Source: Pocillopora damicornis (Eukaryota). From it: a stretch of DNA of 64,000 nt. Location: the NCBI RefSeq assembly GCF_003704095.1, contig NW_020843739.1, positions 186,001 to 250,000 of the forward strand. Direction: 5' to 3'. Below, piece after piece: positions 58,951 to 64,000 of the stretch. How positions within the stretch are numbered: the first letter of the stretch is position 1; each line of letters starts with the position of its first letter. A program made the position numbers and the translations under genes. The notes under the pieces were generated by a model. That model ran no database searches, was not told the DNA's origin, and saw only the letters and a program-made list of their open reading frames with translations.

Positions 58951-59316
58951 GTGAGTGTAATGAAACCACTGATCTCTTTCAAATATGGCAGACTTAAATA
59001 ACACAGTCACCCATTACATTGAATATTTTATTTGTACATGCACTTGTAGTTCTTGGATGATTCGTTAACTCCATAGAATGAGTAAACTGTTAGTTAGACT
59101 TTCTAAGGGGAACAAACTTCATGTATATCACACAGAAAAAGTGCATGAACCCAAGAATGACATGCATGTACATGTAGTGTATGCTCTTTGAAAAAAGAGA
59201 CAATGTACACTAAATAGGATTGCAATCTCTTATTGTAAATGAAATGAAATAGATGGCCTTGTTTACTACAAAATTTTTCATTGGAATTTTTTTGAAAGTG
59301 TACATTTCTTTTTCAG
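58951..59316 (+). other. Putative 3'UTR intron of TNPO1
   Basis: Donor GG|GTGAGT 21 nt after the stop codon; acceptor TTTCTTTTTCAG|G at 59316. Confidence 0.6.
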
Positions 59317-62300
59317 GTGGTATAAGAATAGAGGGCTGTGTAGTCCTTGCTCAGATCAAGTAACAGTGTCCTAAGTCCATGTCCGTCATTGTCCTTGTTC
59401 CCTTACAAGTCTGTGTGAATAGCTAATGGATGTTTCTATGGGGGGACAGTGTTCTCATTTAGTGATGAACTTCCCACAAATGTATGAATGTCAGTGATAA
59501 TGCTGGGAGGTGCCTGACTTTTGTGTCGAACCGAATTGATCAATTTAAGTTCATGTAATAATTGGACGTGTGCTTGTGTTGCTATCATGTGCGTCCTTGT
59601 TGTCAGTGACTAACATTTGTCATGTCAAGTGCTGCAATGTGGCAGTGTCATTGGAAGGCTTTCATTTAATTGTCCTGTGTTGAAAAGACCTGCTGGAATC
59701 AAGTCAACCTTATTGGTGCATAGTTGTCTACCACCTATAAAGCGTATTTACATTTCTCTGTTAGTTATGCAAAGATACCTTTACCCCAATGATCAATATT
59801 TCTCTTAGCTCTATGTTATAGAACCTACATCTGATAGCTAAACTTTTTATATGTAAATGACATCAATTCACTCTCTTTTCTCTTTCACATACTTCATTTT
59901 TAACTGATCTGTATAATGTTGTGTACAATAATATACAATGTATAAATAGTGTGAAGCAGAAACCTTGATAACAGATATATAAACCCTAACAAGAATGTAT
60001 AACAAATTTTTGAAACTCTAATAGTGTTAACTTGAATGATGCCAGTGCGAGGTTTAGTATGGTACCACCAACGGCAGGTCTGTGGTGTGGCAAGATTTAA
60101 TTTTTTTGAACAGTTTCTGCTGGACAGATACTTTGAACATTGGAAGAGTTGGCGTATGCATAACGACATTGGAAAAGTCTTTTAATTCCCTTTTGATGTA
60201 CAATTAACCTGCCATAATAGCTAAGTTTACTCTCTTTCAAATATTAAACTTGTGGGAAGGAAAAAAAAAAACAGGAATGATTTAACTGAAACCTAATTAG
60301 TTCTCTCTAAATATCTTGTAATTTTTTCCTTTGCTGATAATGATTCATTGGGGTAGTCTTTGCATTGATTTTGTGCTTGCCAGTCTAATAATCCAGCACA
60401 CTTATGTGTACCCAGAACTTCTATTGTTACAGTAAGTTAAAATTGGACAAGTTACACTGGACAGATATGTGAAAAAAATATGCACCAAGTAAAGCAATCA
60501 AGTAATCTCCTGAGTCTTCTCTTATGGTTTATCAAAGTAAGTACTGAAAATTCTGGCATGGTTTTCTTTTTAAAATGAAAATCAAAGTGCTAATATTTCA
60601 ATCTCTCCTGAAGATGACAGATCCTGTAGTGTTTTTCCAGACAAATTGATAGTTTAATGTTTTAGGATGTTATTTTATTGCATTTGGCAATATATATATA
60701 TTTTAATTATCAGAGGAAGAAATTTTAGGAAGTTAAATGTTTTATAGTTTTGTATAAGGTTGTAGTAACAAAATTAATGCTTAACAGTATTAAATTAATA
60801 TAGATTTGAATTCAGTTTAAGCTACAGTGTAAAATGAAAGACAAGCCCTTTGATCAATTTGCAATTTCTTTCATGTGATCTCTGCGAATTTCTTGTTCTA
60901 GTGGTGGTTAGATTGTCCTTGTCCATCATGCTACAATTATAGTTTTCCTCCATAAATCCTGAATTTTATTGTGTGCTGCTTTCTTGTCTTCTGTGTAAAA
61001 TTTTGTGAGAAATTGCCAGTTGATCAATGTTGTCCAAGTCTCAATTTGTCAATAGCTGTGTAAAATGTTTGTAATCAGTATTCAGTTGTAATATTCTGGT
61101 ATACTAATGCTTAAATTTTAAAGAATTCAATTTCCATTCTTGAAAACTTGACAAGTGGCTGAAAAGGATGGTTTAAGTGGTAACTTGTCCAGAATTTTTT
61201 TCCCCAATTATGAGCCCACTCTTCTATAATAATATTGATAAAGCATGCACAGTGTAAGTCAGAAATGATAGTACTATCAACTTAACATAAACTTACTTGA
61301 AATTTCATCTGGAGTAGCCATAACAGTTGTCAACCCATGCAGCTTTTGCATGTGCGTATCTTTGTAAAAGTAACTTGTCATGTACGACAGAACTAAATCT
61401 TGCCAAATTCTGAATTACCCCAGGTTTTCCTGAGAATTTTTGCCATAAAGTTTCTTATTTTGCCCTCATTTTCAGATTGTTTTTTATTTCTTGCCATCTC
61501 TTCAGCCATTTTTCTCGTTTTCAGTGTCCAGACATATAGATATTTATTTATTTTGTATGTGGAAAACAAGTTTCAAGATGTGCACAGTTTAATTTTTCTA
61601 AATAATATCAAGTATTAGTCTGGTGTTTTAGACATTTAATATGAATCTTGCCTACAATTTGAACTAACAACTTCATCTAACAACAGCTTTTGTGTAAGAA
61701 TGCATCCGAGACTGAGTGTAATAATTTGTGATGTTTGTGACTAGTATTTTTATTGCAAGGCAAACAACAAACTTGTGTAAATGTTAAAAATTGAAGTTAT
61801 TCTTCTATCTTGCCAGTTCAATGGATAATGATGCAGTACACATAAGTGTTGACCAAGTTTTCAAAGTAACAGTAATAATATTAATATTAAATTAATATTT
61901 AAGTTGATTAAGTTAATAGTACTTGTCAAATGGGATAATGCTTAGGCGTATGTAACTATACTAAATGTAAGATCATTATCTCTAAGAACCTTTAAGTGAC
62001 AATCAAATGCATTTAACCCTTTAACTCCCAAGATCTGGTAGTTAATTCTCCCCTGTAGCTTTTGCACATTTCCTTCTTGATAAGTTAGGAGAATTTAATG
62101 TTATATAAAGATAACTTCTTGATAAGTTTCAATTTTCTCTTTACCTGTTTGCTGGTTAATGCATGGTATTGTAAGGAGAAGCTAGATGCTAATCAATTCT
62201 GGGAGTTAAAAGGTTGGAAATGTTACATGTGGCAAACTTTTGCATCTGGATCTGTGTGTGCATGTAAATTTTTTGGATGGTAAACAAATGTTCTGAATTA

Positions 62301-64000
62301 ATTTTAAAATTCTCATGGTTTTGGGGAAGGAACCTCCCAGTGAGACAAGTCGAAGTAGGAATCAATTAATTATTACAGATTTACTTTAAGAAATTAATGT
62401 TAGCTCACTAACATACATGTAGTAGCTAAGTGAGGAATTAAGGGGTGGTATAGAAGTCTCTCTATCTCACTGCTGCCACAGTGTTTAACAATTGTGCACG
62501 CATAGTGTTTTGAACTACTTTTTGTGTCTGCTAGTCATGGTTATGAAGTAAGACTGAGTAGAAGTTTTGAGTTGCCACTAGTAGCATGAATTATTTATTT
62601 CATGGTAAAATAGCCCAATATACTGTATTTGTGACAAAACCTAAACCTAATATTCCCACAAGCTTAACCCTTTAACTCTTAAGATCTGGCTGTCAGTTCT
62701 CCCCGATAGCTGCTGCACATTTCCTTATTAATTAGTTGCAAGAGTTTTATCTTAGATCAAGATAACAACTTGTACCTGACAAGTTTGAGTATTGTCATTA
62801 CCTGTTTGCCGGATGATATATGGATATTTTAGGGAGAAGTTATATGTTGATCACTTGTGGGAGTTGAAAACTTGACACCAATTCCCCCACTGTCTTCCTT
62901 ACGTGTCTTATCCCCTTGTTGATATTTCTCTATCTTCTCACAATTTTCGTGGTGGCTATTAATTTGATATTTAAAGGAAAAACTACCTTTCAGTTACTCC
63001 CGGCTTTTTGAAAAGGTTTATTTAATTCTTTATTCTCTAATTCCCAAAGGTTTCTTGCACTTTATCTTGCAAACAAGTTATCCAAATTTGCAAATATTCA
63101 ACCCTTCACACCTTCTCATTGATATACATATTCTCCATACTGTTCTCTATGCATTTAGCAAGGTGCCGACGAGGAAAATTTGTGTAACAATCAAAAGCTG
63201 TTTAAGGGATCATCTCCTTCAATCTCGTTACCTTATTATGGTTTAGGGATGATATTGTAAAGAAATGTTAGATGCCAGTCACTATTTTAAGGGTTAAAGG
63301 GCAAGAGAATGTATAGCAGCTGGAAGGGAGAGTTTCATATCTGATAATACGAGTTTCGGTGTTAATTTGTCTATATTAGGTTTAACATCTTGGTTTTTCA
63401 CTTAAATATCTGGTGCAGATCTTAGATTTATTTTTAGATTCGAAGGCTATGCGCTCACGATTGTTATGTAGATAGCTTCTGTTTCTCCCCCAAACCAGCT
63501 GGTCTGTGTTTGTTGTGCCGTAAGGAACTTCAGTGATGTGCTTCTGAATATTTTTGTCATCATTGTTATTGTTGGTTCGATGCATGACATAGCCAAATGT
63601 TATTTGTCTTTATTTAATTTAATTAAAAAGATTACAATTAATTGATGGCGTTTAAAATTGTCCTCGGAAATATTTGTCGATAATTTTCGGCCTGCATGTT
63701 CTGGGAAGATACATGTCGTAATAAATGTCAAGTTTTATGTTGTTATTGGGTTGTCAAATTGATTTTTTGTCAGATCTGATGTAGAAAGTGGGCACAATGT
63801 AGCTCAGTGCTGCGACTTGATTATATTACCAACAAATTTAGGCTGGAACCTGATAAAGATTATAACAACCCTTTCGATTAACATACGAGAAGATATAAGT
63901 TGGAAAAAGCGGAGGAACTGAATATCGCCAATAGCGTTATGAAACGACCCAAGAACGATACCGGAAACAAGGAAACACAGAATTGACGCCAGATTATCGA

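Overview
Eukaryotic, AT-rich, intron-containing animal DNA with five N-gaps. The gene content and repeat families suggest a scleractinian coral, probably Pocilloporidae (inference). Genes reconstructed by hand from splice signals, in order: (1) TM2D1-like, + strand, with exons 4-5 present twice, an apparent frameshift in the first copy and a U12-type intron; (2) an intronless LicD/fukutin-family phosphotransferase on the - strand between the two TM2D1 copies; (3) an orphan single-pass membrane protein gene ending in -EYWV, whose last exon is duplicated; (4) PAIP1 (+, 10 exons); (5) an intronless class A peptide-type GPCR (-) inside about 22 kb of otherwise non-coding DNA; (6) an uncharacterised ~550-aa gene (-) with two KH domains and a C-terminal region that may be a degenerate CYTH/triphosphate-tunnel fold; (7) transportin-1 (+, 24 coding exons, U12 first intron, 3'UTR intron), head-to-head with gene 6. 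There are many MITEs, two tRNA-derived SINEs and a degenerate Penelope-type hammerhead remnant. No CRISPR, rRNA or true tRNA was seen. The best candidate for something undescribed is the KH-KH-(CYTH-like) gene.
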